Shown: positions 1 through 9,483 of the stretch, in pieces
How positions within the stretch are numbered: the stretch's first letter is position 1
Layout: each line of letters starts with the position of its first letter
Position numbers and translations under genes: made by a program
The notes under the pieces: generated by a model
What the model was told of the DNA's origin: nothing
Seen by the model: only the letters and a program-made list of their open reading frames with translations
The model's database searches: none
IMG/VR virus record: IMGVR_UViG_3300031669_005479
Span: 96,001-160,000 of that record
From: a virus
Taxonomy: Duplodnaviria; Caudoviricetes
Direction: 5' to 3' (one strand)
Length of the DNA stretch: 64,000 bases

Positions 1-596
1 TAGTTGTGCTTAAATCTCCAAAATTTAACACCATCCTTTTCAGCACCCTTATCAATTCCACGAACAATATAGAATTTCTTAGCTTCCCACTTAACTGCTT
101 CCTTATAAATTAAGTCATTTTTTTCCTTAACTTTAAGTTGCATGTCATTCATTGCTTCTTTCTTAATACCCTTAATTGATGGGTCTTGCTTTGCAAGTTC
201 TTTCTTGTGCTTTGCACATAAAGGACATGGAGCGGGAATTAGAATTGGAGCACCATTACTGTCAAGAACTGGCTTGCCATCACTACCCAATTTTGGAACT
301 TTAGGGTCGTTATGTGCAGGACAATAAATTACACTTCCATGCTTTTTTGTGCCACCTTTAGCGTTGGTTGTAACCACATGAAAAAACGCTTCTTCAATGT
401 GCTTTTTACCTGCTTTAGGTGGGAGAATTCTGAAGAGTTCTTTAGTTTTTCTTGGAACGAAATACTTTGCAAGAAGGTCTTCACGTGATTTGCGATTTTT
501 GCTTTGACTTTGTTTTTTCTGGTAATCAGAAAACATTTTTTTTAAGTCAGACAAGTTGCCACCTTGGGCATTTGTCATAGAATTTTCATTACTCAT
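1..596 (-). CDS. T4 gp32-like single-stranded DNA-binding protein (3' end runs off the window; not in ORF track)
   Basis: Hand translation from ATG at 596: MSNENSMTNAQGGNLSDLKKMF...FRILPP...FFHVV...YCPAHND...PCPLC...KKFYIVRGID...VKFWRFKHN; resembles the gp32 RxLP / H / C..CPxC zinc-site layout; no stop before base 1. Confidence 0.65.
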   Translation of the reverse strand, partial: MSNENSMTNAQGGNLSDLKKMFSDYQKKQSQSKNRKSREDLLAKYFVPRKTKELFRILPPKAGKKHIEEAFFHVVTTNAKGGTKKHGSVIYCPAHNDPKVPKLGSDGKPVLDSNGAPILIPAPCPLCAKHKKELAKQDPSIKGIKKEAMNDMQLKVKEKNDLIYKEAVKWEAKKFYIVRGIDKGAEKDGVKFWRFKHN

Positions 597-669
597 TTTT
601 CAATTTTAATTTACAGTTATTTTCGTTTTCAATTATAAAAATTGCAGTACAAATGTATTATACATTTCA

Positions 670-678
670 TATAAATAC
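670..678 (-). promoter_or_regulatory. Putative late promoter motif GTATTTATA
   Basis: TATAAATAC on + strand, upstream of the minus-strand gene starting at 596. Confidence 0.5.
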
Positions 679-711
679 AAGGATTTTTAAAAATAAATCC
701 GATATTTATAA

Positions 712-2115
712 TTAAGCAGTTAAAATATTATCCGACACAATTGTAAATGAAACAGTTTGTTTATTTTCATAATAATTGCCATTTTTCATTCTAATTTGTA
801 AATGATAATCTTGCGGAATTAGCCATGATGTATCAAGATTAAATTCATAACCAGTATTTGTTCGATTAACAGAAGTAAATGGAATCACATCAATTTCATA
901 TTTTTTACCAACAGTAGTGAATAATCTATATTCAATATCCAAAGGTAAGAAATTATTTTGATTTGGGTATAGTTCCTTAATTGTTAATTTAATTTTTTTG
1001 ACAACACCTGCACTAATATTTTCCTTTTCGCCAATACCCCAAAAATAAAAAAAATAATTATTGAAATCAATTATATTTGAATTATCGTAGGTATTATATT
1101 TTTCTGGTGATATTAAATAAAATTCATCAGAATGTTCACTAGACCTACCATTAATCGTTAATTTCCATACATCTTTAAATAATACTGCATCGGGATATAA
1201 TTCCGAATCAATATTTAAGGTTATTTTGTATATTCCTTTACCTACATTAACAATTGAACTACCAGTTAGTGTATCAATAAGATTATCTTCATGATCGTAA
1301 ATATCAACACCATTTACAGTAATATTCTGTGGAAACCCACCAACATTTACGTATAGATATAAATTATTATCCTTATCTTGATAAAAATAATTACGATCAT
1401 CGATGATAATATCATCAACAGTTGTTTCAATATATGGCTCATACCAAGTGTTGGTATTTTTTGCATGAAATGCAACTGCTTGCGTTAAACTAGTTATTAA
1501 TTCCTCATATACATCTGGAAATTTAATGCCCAACCCATAGGAATTTCCAGTATATGTTGAACCACTACCAGTTAATCTTTGATTTATATAATCAGTAACA
1601 TCAATATTAATATTTTCATTCCCCTTTTCAAATCTTTGTGAACCAATTATTTGTGTAATTCCAGAACTATATGCGCCAGCATTATTCCAAGCAGTCGTAG
1701 TTTTTGCAGAATACCAATTAGATGCTTGATTAATTGGATTAAATGTCGTTGTCGTATCATATATGAAATCATAACCACTACCCTCATCCCAATCTTGATT
1801 TATATTGAACACGTCCAAATCGAAACTTGATGCCCTATTAATTGCATCAGAATATGATCTTTTGCCTAAATATTGTTGTGCATAACTAATAGTATTGGTC
1901 ATGTGTAATGTATGTGTAACTACACTAGCGGGATTAATAAATCCATCCGAAATTTTATTACTCAAATTAGTTAAATCAACATCAAATATCAATCGACTAA
2001 CTCGTTTATTGACTGTACCATATGATATTTCAGTAACAGGATTTTGAGAATTATTTGTTTCGTTAAGACTAATTAATGTATTTGACTTGCTAAAATAACT
2101 TCTATATGTTGACAT
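712..2115 (-). CDS. Probable virion structural protein (Asn/Thr-rich, beta-rich)
   Basis: 467 aa ORF with its own late motif (2142-2149); composition typical of tail/baseplate proteins; function not recognised. Confidence 0.45.
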   Translation of the reverse strand: MSTYRSYFSKSNTLISLNETNNSQNPVTEISYGTVNKRVSRLIFDVDLTNLSNKISDGFINPASVVTHTLHMTNTISYAQQYLGKRSYSDAINRASSFDLDVFNINQDWDEGSGYDFIYDTTTTFNPINQASNWYSAKTTTAWNNAGAYSSGITQIIGSQRFEKGNENINIDVTDYINQRLTGSGSTYTGNSYGLGIKFPDVYEELITSLTQAVAFHAKNTNTWYEPYIETTVDDIIIDDRNYFYQDKDNNLYLYVNVGGFPQNITVNGVDIYDHEDNLIDTLTGSSIVNVGKGIYKITLNIDSELYPDAVLFKDVWKLTINGRSSEHSDEFYLISPEKYNTYDNSNIIDFNNYFFYFWGIGEKENISAGVVKKIKLTIKELYPNQNNFLPLDIEYRLFTTVGKKYEIDVIPFTSVNRTNTGYEFNLDTSWLIPQDYHLQIRMKNGNYYENKQTVSFTIVSDNILTA

Positions 2116-2132
2116 TATTTTGTTTTTTTATT

Positions 2133-2149
2133 GTATTTATCATAAATAC
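2133..2149. promoter_or_regulatory. Palindromic back-to-back late motifs GTATTTAT-C-ATAAATAC
   Basis: Perfect 8-bp inverted repeat between divergent starts at 2115 (-) and 2158 (+). Confidence 0.65.
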
Positions 2150-2157
2150 TAAAAAAG

Positions 2158-3282
2158 ATGAAATATACCACAGAAACATTCATAAAAAAAGCAAATGAAA
2201 TTCATAATAATAAATATGATTATTCATTAATTGAATATATCAATACTCAAACATTAATTAATATTGTTTGTCCTCAACATGGCATTTTTAAACAAATTCC
2301 AGCCAATCATATTAGAAATAATAAACCACGTGGATGTCCAAATTGTGCAAAAAATAAAAAATTAACAACAGAAACATTTATAAAAAAAGCAAAAGAAGTT
2401 CATAGTGATAAATATGATTACTCGTTGGTTAAATATGTTAATGCCAATACAAAAATTAAAATTATTTGTCCCAAACATGGTGTTTTTGAACAAAAACCAT
2501 TTCTACATTTACAAAATTATGGTTGTCAAATTTGTGGAAACAACATAAAATTAACAACAGAAACATTTATAAAAAAAGCAAAAGAAGTTCATGGTGATAA
2601 ATATAATTATTCCTTAGCTAAATATGTTGGTTCTCACTTAAAAATTAAAATCATTTGTCCCAAACATGGTGTTTTTGAACAAAAACCAAATAATCATTTA
2701 TGTGGACAAGGATGTTATAGGTGTGGAGAAACTATTAGAAGTAACATAAAATTTATAAACGCAAATAATTCTTTTCTAATTAAGGCAAATAAAATTCATT
2801 CCAATTTATACGATTATTCATTAGTTCAATACAAAAACAATAGAAGTAAAATTAAAATTATTTGTTCAAAACATGGTGTTTTTGAACAAAAAGTTAATTC
2901 ACATCTAAGTGGTCATGGATGTCCTGAATGTAATATTTCAAAAGGTGAACTAAAAATAAAAAATATTTTAGATGAAAAAAATATTGAATATGCCTTTCAA
3001 AAAACATTTGATGATTGTATCACCCCAAATAATAGAAAACTAAAATTCGACTTTTATTTACCAAATCAAAACATATTAATTGAATATGATGGAAAACAAC
3101 ATTACGTGCCATTAAATTATTTTGGCGGTATTAAATCATTTAATGTTAGAAAAGAATATGATGAAATTAAAAATAAATTTGCAAAAGATAATAACATTAC
3201 ATTGTTAAGAATCCCATATTTTAAATATAAAATAATTGATAAATTAATTCAAAAAATTATAGAAAACAAAAAAGACTACTAA
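2158..3282 (+). CDS. Putative free-standing homing endonuclease: four zinc-binding repeats plus C-terminal PD-(D/E)xK (DUF559/Vsr-like) nuclease
   Basis: 4 repeats of FIKKA.EVH..KYDYS..KY....KIKIICPKHG.F.Q....HL...GC..C, then SKGE...KFDFYLP..NILIEYDGKQHY; opposite strand to both neighbours. Confidence 0.75.
   Translation: MKYTTETFIKKANEIHNNKYDYSLIEYINTQTLINIVCPQHGIFKQIPANHIRNNKPRGCPNCAKNKKLTTETFIKKAKEVHSDKYDYSLVKYVNANTKIKIICPKHGVFEQKPFLHLQNYGCQICGNNIKLTTETFIKKAKEVHGDKYNYSLAKYVGSHLKIKIICPKHGVFEQKPNNHLCGQGCYRCGETIRSNIKFINANNSFLIKANKIHSNLYDYSLVQYKNNRSKIKIICSKHGVFEQKVNSHLSGHGCPECNISKGELKIKNILDEKNIEYAFQKTFDDCITPNNRKLKFDFYLPNQNILIEYDGKQHYVPLNYFGGIKSFNVRKEYDEIKNKFAKDNNITLLRIPYFKYKIIDKLIQKIIENKKDY
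2359..2688 (+). repeat. Coding direct repeats with 189 bp period inside the endonuclease gene
   Basis: aaattaacaacagaaacatttataaaaaaagcaaaagaagttcat at about 2359 and 2548; atttgtcccaaacatggtgtttttgaacaaaaacca repeated at the same period. Confidence 0.85.
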
Positions 3283-3293
3283 ATGTAGTCTTT
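3271..3293. terminator. Hairpin between convergent genes
   Basis: AAAGACTAC-taaat-GTAGTCTTT. Confidence 0.6.
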
Positions 3294-3315
3294 AATTATT
3301 AATTTAACTTTACCA

Positions 3316-5451
3316 TTATTTCTTTGGTCTATATTTTGTCCATAAATCAAAATATTCTTTTTTTTGACTATCACTTAATGTATTAACATCTTTTTTTTCA
3401 TAGTCTTCAAGTTTAACGTAATCATTATTATCGCTATCTGTTTCTTGTGGTGCAGCCACTGCAGGTACTGCACCAGCAGCACCAACAATTTCATTCATGT
3501 TGTCGCCAACATTTATTGGTTTATACCCAAGTAGTTCATCGGTTTTTTCTTCATCGTCCCCATCTTCACTAGCATCACTTGCTGCGCCAAACTGTGCACT
3601 TGCTTCTGGAGTATCTTTTTCTGTATAGTATTCACTATCTTCGCTAAGATGATCCATTACAATTTCAATTGCAACTAATGGGTCGTCGGTATGCTCCTTT
3701 TCGACTTCAAGTCCCATTAATATTTGTTTTGGATCAAAATCTAATGGCGATTTACCGTCACCCTTACCACCAATGAGCACCTCACCCTCCTCTTCTTTAT
3801 CTTGCGCCAACTTACTAATTTCATCTGCAGTTTCTTGTGATGCACCTGTATTTTCTTCTTCATTCATTTGAGACATATCGTATTGTAGTCCAATATATCC
3901 GATCTTTGGATTCCACGACATTATATATCCATCTTTCTCATAGATATGGTCACTGCTACCATGTCCCAATTCATTGGTGGTTGCATGTTCACCGCTATAA
4001 TGCCATTGTTTTAAATATTCCAGTGCAGCATCCTCACCCTTTGTTTCAAGAATTTCTAATGGTTGAAACGCAGCATCTCCCTGTAGAAAAACAATATCTT
4101 CATATCTATCCCCACCAACACTTTCACTAACACCTGTTTTAACACTAAGTTTTTTCGTTTTATGTTTTTTCTTTGGTTTTGGATATTTTGTGCTTGTTTT
4201 TATGTCACTAGCAATTCCCAATTCTTGAGGATAGTCGGTTTCATTTAATTGTTCCATATATCCATGAAATAATTTCATTGCTGTTTGTCTTACCAATTCA
4301 TAATATTCCTCTTTAGACATTTGATACACCTTAACACCTAAACGCTTCTTAAGCATTTCATCTGCCATGTTTATCAATTTTTGTCTTCTTTCTGGTGTTA
4401 ATTTATTATAATATGCAGGAGTTATCTTATCCACATCAATAGATGTATCGGATTCAGGTAAAAACTTATCTGCCCAAGCAGGATAAACCCTTTTTTTTCC
4501 TTTTGCCATCATATTACCAAGACCAGTAGATTTTTCCGCACTTTGAGATTCTGGCTGTTCAAGATTTTTTAATTTCTCAAATTCCTTATCGATTTCATAT
4601 CGTGTTGGATAGTAGTATGAATTTCTATTTCTTCTATTGTTGTCATTAATTAAATTTTCAACTGCTTGATTATATAGTTCAACATCCTTTGGATCATCTT
4701 CAGTCTCTTCTTCAGGTTCTATTTTAGTATTATATTTATTTTTTTTCATTTCGAGATAATCGGGTGGCATTGCAAGTGGGTCATCTTCAATAGTATCATT
4801 TGTATAATCATCATCAACAACATCGTCATTATCATCGTTTTCGCTAACAAATTTCTGTAATTCAGGTGAATTTACCCTAAGTTTAGGATTAACGGGCTTT
4901 TCATCAAAATATGCCTTTTGTGTTTGAATTTCTTCACTACCTTTTCTATATGGAATTTTATCGATGAATTTAACTGCTTCTTCATACATCTCATCCATTT
5001 CAACGGCAGATTCACCAGCATCCGCATATTTACCAACAACATCAATCATATCTTGACCATATTCTTGGTTCATCTTTGTCAATATGCTTGCACCTTCAGG
5101 TATTTCAATATTATAGCCAGATGAATTATATTCAAATCCAATTAATTCTGCATTTCCAACAGTAAAAACACCTTCTTGTTCGCCCTCATTTGAGGTTATT
5201 TTAAATCTAAATGTAACCTTTTCATTATCATTACCTGATGCAACAATCGTAATATGACTTTCATTATCAACTGTTTGACTATTGGTCTCATCAATATTCA
5301 GATTTCCATCAATTAATTTTGTTAATTCATTTTTGACAACCTCTTCTTGATAATTACCTTGGGTCATATCCTCATTTAGAATTATTTTATTGACTCTTTG
5401 AAACATCTCAAGGAATCTTTCTTTACTACCAATTGAACTATATATTTTCAT
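3316..5451 (-). CDS. Large acidic probable internal head protein with C-terminal DUF5661-like motif
   Basis: MGLEVEKEHTDDPLVAIEIVMDHLSEDSEYYT resembles DUF5661; very Asp/Glu-rich; start set at 5451 (MKIYSSIGSKER) by similarity to the neighbouring gene's N-terminus. Confidence 0.55.
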   Translation of the reverse strand: MKIYSSIGSKERFLEMFQRVNKIILNEDMTQGNYQEEVVKNELTKLIDGNLNIDETNSQTVDNESHITIVASGNDNEKVTFRFKITSNEGEQEGVFTVGNAELIGFEYNSSGYNIEIPEGASILTKMNQEYGQDMIDVVGKYADAGESAVEMDEMYEEAVKFIDKIPYRKGSEEIQTQKAYFDEKPVNPKLRVNSPELQKFVSENDDNDDVVDDDYTNDTIEDDPLAMPPDYLEMKKNKYNTKIEPEEETEDDPKDVELYNQAVENLINDNNRRNRNSYYYPTRYEIDKEFEKLKNLEQPESQSAEKSTGLGNMMAKGKKRVYPAWADKFLPESDTSIDVDKITPAYYNKLTPERRQKLINMADEMLKKRLGVKVYQMSKEEYYELVRQTAMKLFHGYMEQLNETDYPQELGIASDIKTSTKYPKPKKKHKTKKLSVKTGVSESVGGDRYEDIVFLQGDAAFQPLEILETKGEDAALEYLKQWHYSGEHATTNELGHGSSDHIYEKDGYIMSWNPKIGYIGLQYDMSQMNEEENTGASQETADEISKLAQDKEEEGEVLIGGKGDGKSPLDFDPKQILMGLEVEKEHTDDPLVAIEIVMDHLSEDSEYYTEKDTPEASAQFGAASDASEDGDDEEKTDELLGYKPINVGDNMNEIVGAAGAVPAVAAPQETDSDNNDYVKLEDYEKKDVNTLSDSQKKEYFDLWTKYRPKK

Positions 5452-5458
5452 GTTTTCA

Positions 5459-5911
5459 CTATTCAAATATTATTGAATTATTTTTTCCAAAATCTCTTAA
5501 TAATACACCTGCTAATGAATTTGCCTCATTTTCGTCTGGACTACCAGTTTTATTAGAATCGGATGTTAATTTTCCATCTAAATTTTGCTTATGGTGTATC
5601 ATTTCGTGTGCTAAAGTTCTTAAAACATCTGCTAAATTTCTATTTGCGATAACAACTCTAATTTCTTTTGATATTGGAGTATATTTTCCAAAAGAATGCA
5701 TAGTTTCAGCCTCTTTTTCATCATTAGATAAAACAATCTTCGGTAAGTTATCTGTATAACCTAACCTTTTACCAGCATACTTAACAAAATCGTTAATTAT
5801 CTCAATTTTTTTTTCTTTAGGTAATAATGCCTCATTTAATGGAGCATTACTTACCCTATTAAGCATTTCAAATAATCTTTCTTTCGAACCATATTGATGA
5901 AATATTTTCAT
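5459..5911 (-). CDS. Zinc metallopeptidase-like protein (HExxH)
   Basis: RTLAHEMIHHKQ followed by downstream ENEAN glutamates. Confidence 0.6.
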   Translation of the reverse strand: MKIFHQYGSKERLFEMLNRVSNAPLNEALLPKEKKIEIINDFVKYAGKRLGYTDNLPKIVLSNDEKEAETMHSFGKYTPISKEIRVVIANRNLADVLRTLAHEMIHHKQNLDGKLTSDSNKTGSPDENEANSLAGVLLRDFGKNNSIIFE

Positions 5912-5913
5912 TA

Positions 5914-6651
5914 CTAATTCATTTCATTAAAACTGTTCTGAACATCTATTTTTGACCTTTGGGGTAATTCATCAAAATCTGCAACAAACGTACCATCAGG
6001 TAGTTCGCTAATACCCCTTTCTTTTTCCTTCTCACGATTTGCATTAAACCAATTACCTTGCCAAAAATCATTTAAATTAAAATAATATGGATAACTTACG
6101 TTTGTTTTATTCATTAGTTTTTCTGAATTAGTTGGTTCTCTAACTTCTTCCACATCAGCATTAAGTATTTCCAATTTTCCATTTAATCCTTGAACAACGT
6201 TATTCAAATTTTCCAATTGGTCATGAATATCTTTCATGGCTTCAAGGTTATGTTTAATAATATCATTTTGAATATCGTTTACTTGATTTTCTGGTTCAGG
6301 ACTATTACCTATAGGATTGGTGGAAACATTATCAATACCATCAGACATATCATCACCATCATCCACATTGTCACCATTATTATCATCAGATTGGTCAAAT
6401 GCTGGAACTGGTGATGGTGTTGGATTACCATCAACTGGTTGATCGTTTGATGGTGCTGGCAATTGATTTCCCACTGGTTTTGGTGCATCTTCTTGATCTC
6501 CAGCCTCATTAGTTAATTTAGGCATTTCATCAAATTCTTCATTTGCACCAACTAATGGACTATATCTCGCAGTTTCGTTAATCTTATAATTAACACGATA
6601 TTTAATCTTTCGGATTTCTTCTGAAAGATTAGTTAGGTTTTCATTTTTCAT
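5914..6651 (-). CDS. Hypothetical acidic protein, probably head-associated
   Basis: 245 aa; N-terminal LSEEIRKIKYRVNYKINE, acidic Pro/Asp linker, coiled coil. Confidence 0.45.
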   Translation of the reverse strand: MKNENLTNLSEEIRKIKYRVNYKINETARYSPLVGANEEFDEMPKLTNEAGDQEDAPKPVGNQLPAPSNDQPVDGNPTPSPVPAFDQSDDNNGDNVDDGDDMSDGIDNVSTNPIGNSPEPENQVNDIQNDIIKHNLEAMKDIHDQLENLNNVVQGLNGKLEILNADVEEVREPTNSEKLMNKTNVSYPYYFNLNDFWQGNWFNANREKEKERGISELPDGTFVADFDELPQRSKIDVQNSFNEMN

Positions 6652-6663
6652 TAAATGAATGTA

Positions 6664-6879
6664 TTAGTATTGTTCTCTCAATAACATGCGTCCAGATTTA
6701 TCAACAAAAATTTTATCAACTCTTTCGATAAGTCCTTCACGTTCATCAAGAACGGCTTTCTTTGCATCATTAATTTTTGCATCAACTTGAGGTTCATCAA
6801 CGAAATTATCAAGTGCCTTTTCTACATTTTTTTCCATAGTATCCATAATCATTTCATATAAATACTGTGTTACATTCAT
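6664..6879 (-). CDS. Hypothetical protein
   Basis: 71 aa; ATGA overlap with the upstream gene. Confidence 0.55.
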   Translation of the reverse strand: MNVTQYLYEMIMDTMEKNVEKALDNFVDEPQVDAKINDAKKAVLDEREGLIERVDKIFVDKSGRMLLREQY

Positions 6880-7535
6880 TTTGACAAAATGGAAACAAGA
6901 TATCTTTTAAGTAGAATGAAATTAGGAAATATTTTATAATATTTTAGATATTCATCGCCTTCATTATCAAAATATGAATATTCTGTCCTTTGCTTCAAAT
7001 ATTCAACCATTTTTTCAACATTAAATTGAAAAAATTCATACATTTTTAGATTGATACTTACAATAGTTTCCTTATTCTCGCCAAAATTTTTATTTTCAAA
7101 TAGTAAATACACCATTTCATTTTTGTAGTGGTATGTCGCTTTAATATTCTTAGGAATAATATCTAAAAAATCTTCCAAATCTTTTATTTGAAAAAAAACT
7201 GGGTCTAAGTTTGTAAACATATACTTTGGAATATAGTATAGTGATGGTGCATCATTTACAAAGGAATTTATTCCTTTAACATGTGATGCCTTACCTTCTT
7301 CAAAACTACATTCCCAATACAATTCATTTGTAATTATTTTTCTTTTGAGAATATCAGCATTTTGAATTATCTGATTATCTGGGTTACAATTTTTCATGAA
7401 TGACCATCCAACATATAGTGTTGGGAGTGACATATCCAACTTTTCATACTCAATTGGTTCATTATAATAGTTAACATAATCGACCTTAGTGTGATTAACC
7501 AATTCTTTTTCGTAAACAATATTTGCGATTTTCAT
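6876..7535 (-). CDS. Hypothetical protein
   Basis: 219 aa ORF in a tightly packed minus-strand run. Confidence 0.6.
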   Translation of the reverse strand: MKIANIVYEKELVNHTKVDYVNYYNEPIEYEKLDMSLPTLYVGWSFMKNCNPDNQIIQNADILKRKIITNELYWECSFEEGKASHVKGINSFVNDAPSLYYIPKYMFTNLDPVFFQIKDLEDFLDIIPKNIKATYHYKNEMVYLLFENKNFGENKETIVSINLKMYEFFQFNVEKMVEYLKQRTEYSYFDNEGDEYLKYYKIFPNFILLKRYLVSILSK

Positions 7536-7546
7536 ATACCATTTAT

Positions 7547-8293
7547 TTAAATTATTGTTTGATAATTAGATATTTCTGTTACATGCCAAAGTTTTTCTCT
7601 ATCAAGACTTCTCTTCCATGTCATGTATGCATCACCATTATGTTCATCATAGCACAAATCATCCGTTAGATGATACGCCAAATTCTTAACCGTAATATAC
7701 CACGATTTATTTATTTCATGCAATTTATTGCGAATATTACCATCATAATAATATATTGTTTCGAGAATAAATAGGTCTTTCTTTTTCAATGTCATTAGTG
7801 CTGGAACTCCAATCCCAACAACACTAATTGGAGACATATTTGCTCTATTGTTCATATAGTCAACATAGTAATTAGTTCCAATACGTCTATTTGGATTTCT
7901 CCAGTTACTTAGTGGATATAAATCAACTGACGATATTGCGCAATCGCCATTATTAAATGCCCCAAATATTTCTTGCATTGTTGATTTCATATCATATATG
8001 TAATAATCTCCATCAGTAATGGTAATATAATCATACTTTCGCAAAAAATCTCCATATTCTTTTAAAAATATATTAATTGCATTAGCAACAATATTTTTTT
8101 CAAACTGAATGTATCCTACTAGATTATTTTTTATTTTTTTTTGTTCAAGAAAATATTTTACAATCTCTTCCGAATAATTTGATTTATTTTCAACAATAAA
8201 ATAATCTATATTGTCTTGATACATTGAATCAAAAGACATTTTAATGTGTTCTACATTATTAAAACAAAAAAAAACTAATATGTGTGTGTTCAT
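7547..8293 (-). CDS. Glycosyltransferase-like protein (GT-A/GT2 fold)
   Basis: N-terminal hydrophobic strand ILVFFCFNN, FIVENKS, and ITITDGDY (DxD); located in a GT cluster. Confidence 0.55.
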   Translation of the reverse strand: MNTHILVFFCFNNVEHIKMSFDSMYQDNIDYFIVENKSNYSEEIVKYFLEQKKIKNNLVGYIQFEKNIVANAINIFLKEYGDFLRKYDYITITDGDYYIYDMKSTMQEIFGAFNNGDCAISSVDLYPLSNWRNPNRRIGTNYYVDYMNNRANMSPISVVGIGVPALMTLKKKDLFILETIYYYDGNIRNKLHEINKSWYITVKNLAYHLTDDLCYDEHNGDAYMTWKRSLDREKLWHVTEISNYQTII

Positions 8294-8892
8294 ACATCTT
8301 TAATTTTAATTGCTGGTGTGCCAACATATACACCAGATTCATTAATATTTTTTATTACTCCAGAATTTAGACCAATAATTATGTCATCACCAATACTAGT
8401 TTTTTCTCTCACACATGAATTACACCCCAAGTATACTCGATTACCAATATTACAGTTACCTAAAACATGAACATTAGGTGCGGTAGTAAAAAAATCCCCA
8501 ATTATTGCATCGTGACTTATATTTGTTGCACGATTTAGTTGAGCATGCTTACCAATTTTAATATTTGTTGTCAATATTGAACCAGCACATATAATCGAAC
8601 CCTCACCAATTTCAATATTATCAAAAATTTGTACTGATTTATGTATAAATGTAAAAAATTTAGTATTGATTGGCAATGCATTCACTAATTTTTGTCTACC
8701 ATACATATCACCAATAGCAACTACTACCTCGTAAATATTTGGGTTAAATTTACTAATTGGAAATATTTTAATATTATCATAAGAATATTCATCGCCAACA
8801 AAAAACACGATTTCCTCATTAGGATTATTATCTAACATCTGAACATATAGTTCTCTGCCCATACCACCAGCACCAATAATTGCTTTTTTCAT
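8290..8892 (-). CDS. NeuD/PglD-family sugar O-acyltransferase
   Basis: KKAIIGAGGMGRE Rossmann-like start, VVVAIGD, hexapeptide repeats (IGEGSIIC, IGKHAQLN, IGNRVYLG), C-terminal VGTPA. Confidence 0.85.
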   Translation of the reverse strand: MKKAIIGAGGMGRELYVQMLDNNPNEEIVFFVGDEYSYDNIKIFPISKFNPNIYEVVVAIGDMYGRQKLVNALPINTKFFTFIHKSVQIFDNIEIGEGSIICAGSILTTNIKIGKHAQLNRATNISHDAIIGDFFTTAPNVHVLGNCNIGNRVYLGCNSCVREKTSIGDDIIIGLNSGVIKNINESGVYVGTPAIKIKDV

Positions 8893-8916
8893 GATTTATT
8901 ATTATGTATTAAATTT

Positions 8917-9483
8917 CTAATCATTTTGTATACGCTCAAAAATAAAAAAATCTGCTTGAGTATCATCACCTTTATATGGATTATCCAAAAATTTAATTAA
9001 TTTAAATTCTTGTGGTACGTCAGGCATAAATTTCCTAAATAAATTATGTATGCCACCAAGAACCTCATCTTTATTGGTACTATAAATAATAACATACTTA
9101 TTACTTAGTCTGAAAAGGTCTTTCATATATTGCAGATACACATCTTGTTCAATCAAATGCAATATAACATCCATTGAAATTGTTAAATCATATGTTGTAA
9201 GGTCTGCCATTGACGTAGTAAACTTATGGTTATAATTCATTTTATTTCTATCTATAACAAATTGACTCACATCAAATCCCGTATAGTCAGGAATAGTAAA
9301 TAATGAAAACAACCAATCACCACAACCAAGTTCACACGCAGTTTGAATATTATTATCTATTACAAAATCATTGATTATTTTTGCTTTATATTCTGCAATA
9401 ATACCTTGTGAGCCAATTCCAGAATTTCCACCTGATTTGTATCTATTTTCCCAATATTCCTTGCTATTAAAACTATTGCTCAT
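8917..9483 (-). CDS. Class I SAM-dependent methyltransferase
   Basis: YWENRY..GGNSGIGS, ELGCGD motif I, DLTISMDVILHL. Confidence 0.8.
   Translation of the reverse strand: MSNSFNSKEYWENRYKSGGNSGIGSQGIIAEYKAKIINDFVIDNNIQTACELGCGDWLFSLFTIPDYTGFDVSQFVIDRNKMNYNHKFTTSMADLTTYDLTISMDVILHLIEQDVYLQYMKDLFRLSNKYVIIYSTNKDEVLGGIHNLFRKFMPDVPQEFKLIKFLDNPYKGDDTQADFFIFERIQND

Noticed and set aside
142-327. 61-aa + strand ORF from the track
   Set aside because: Antisense to the gp32-like gene on the minus strand.
2158-2930. CRISPR array or DGR template/variable repeats
   Set aside because: The repeats are in-frame coding modules with a period near 189 bp, have no unique spacers, and no reverse transcriptase gene is present.
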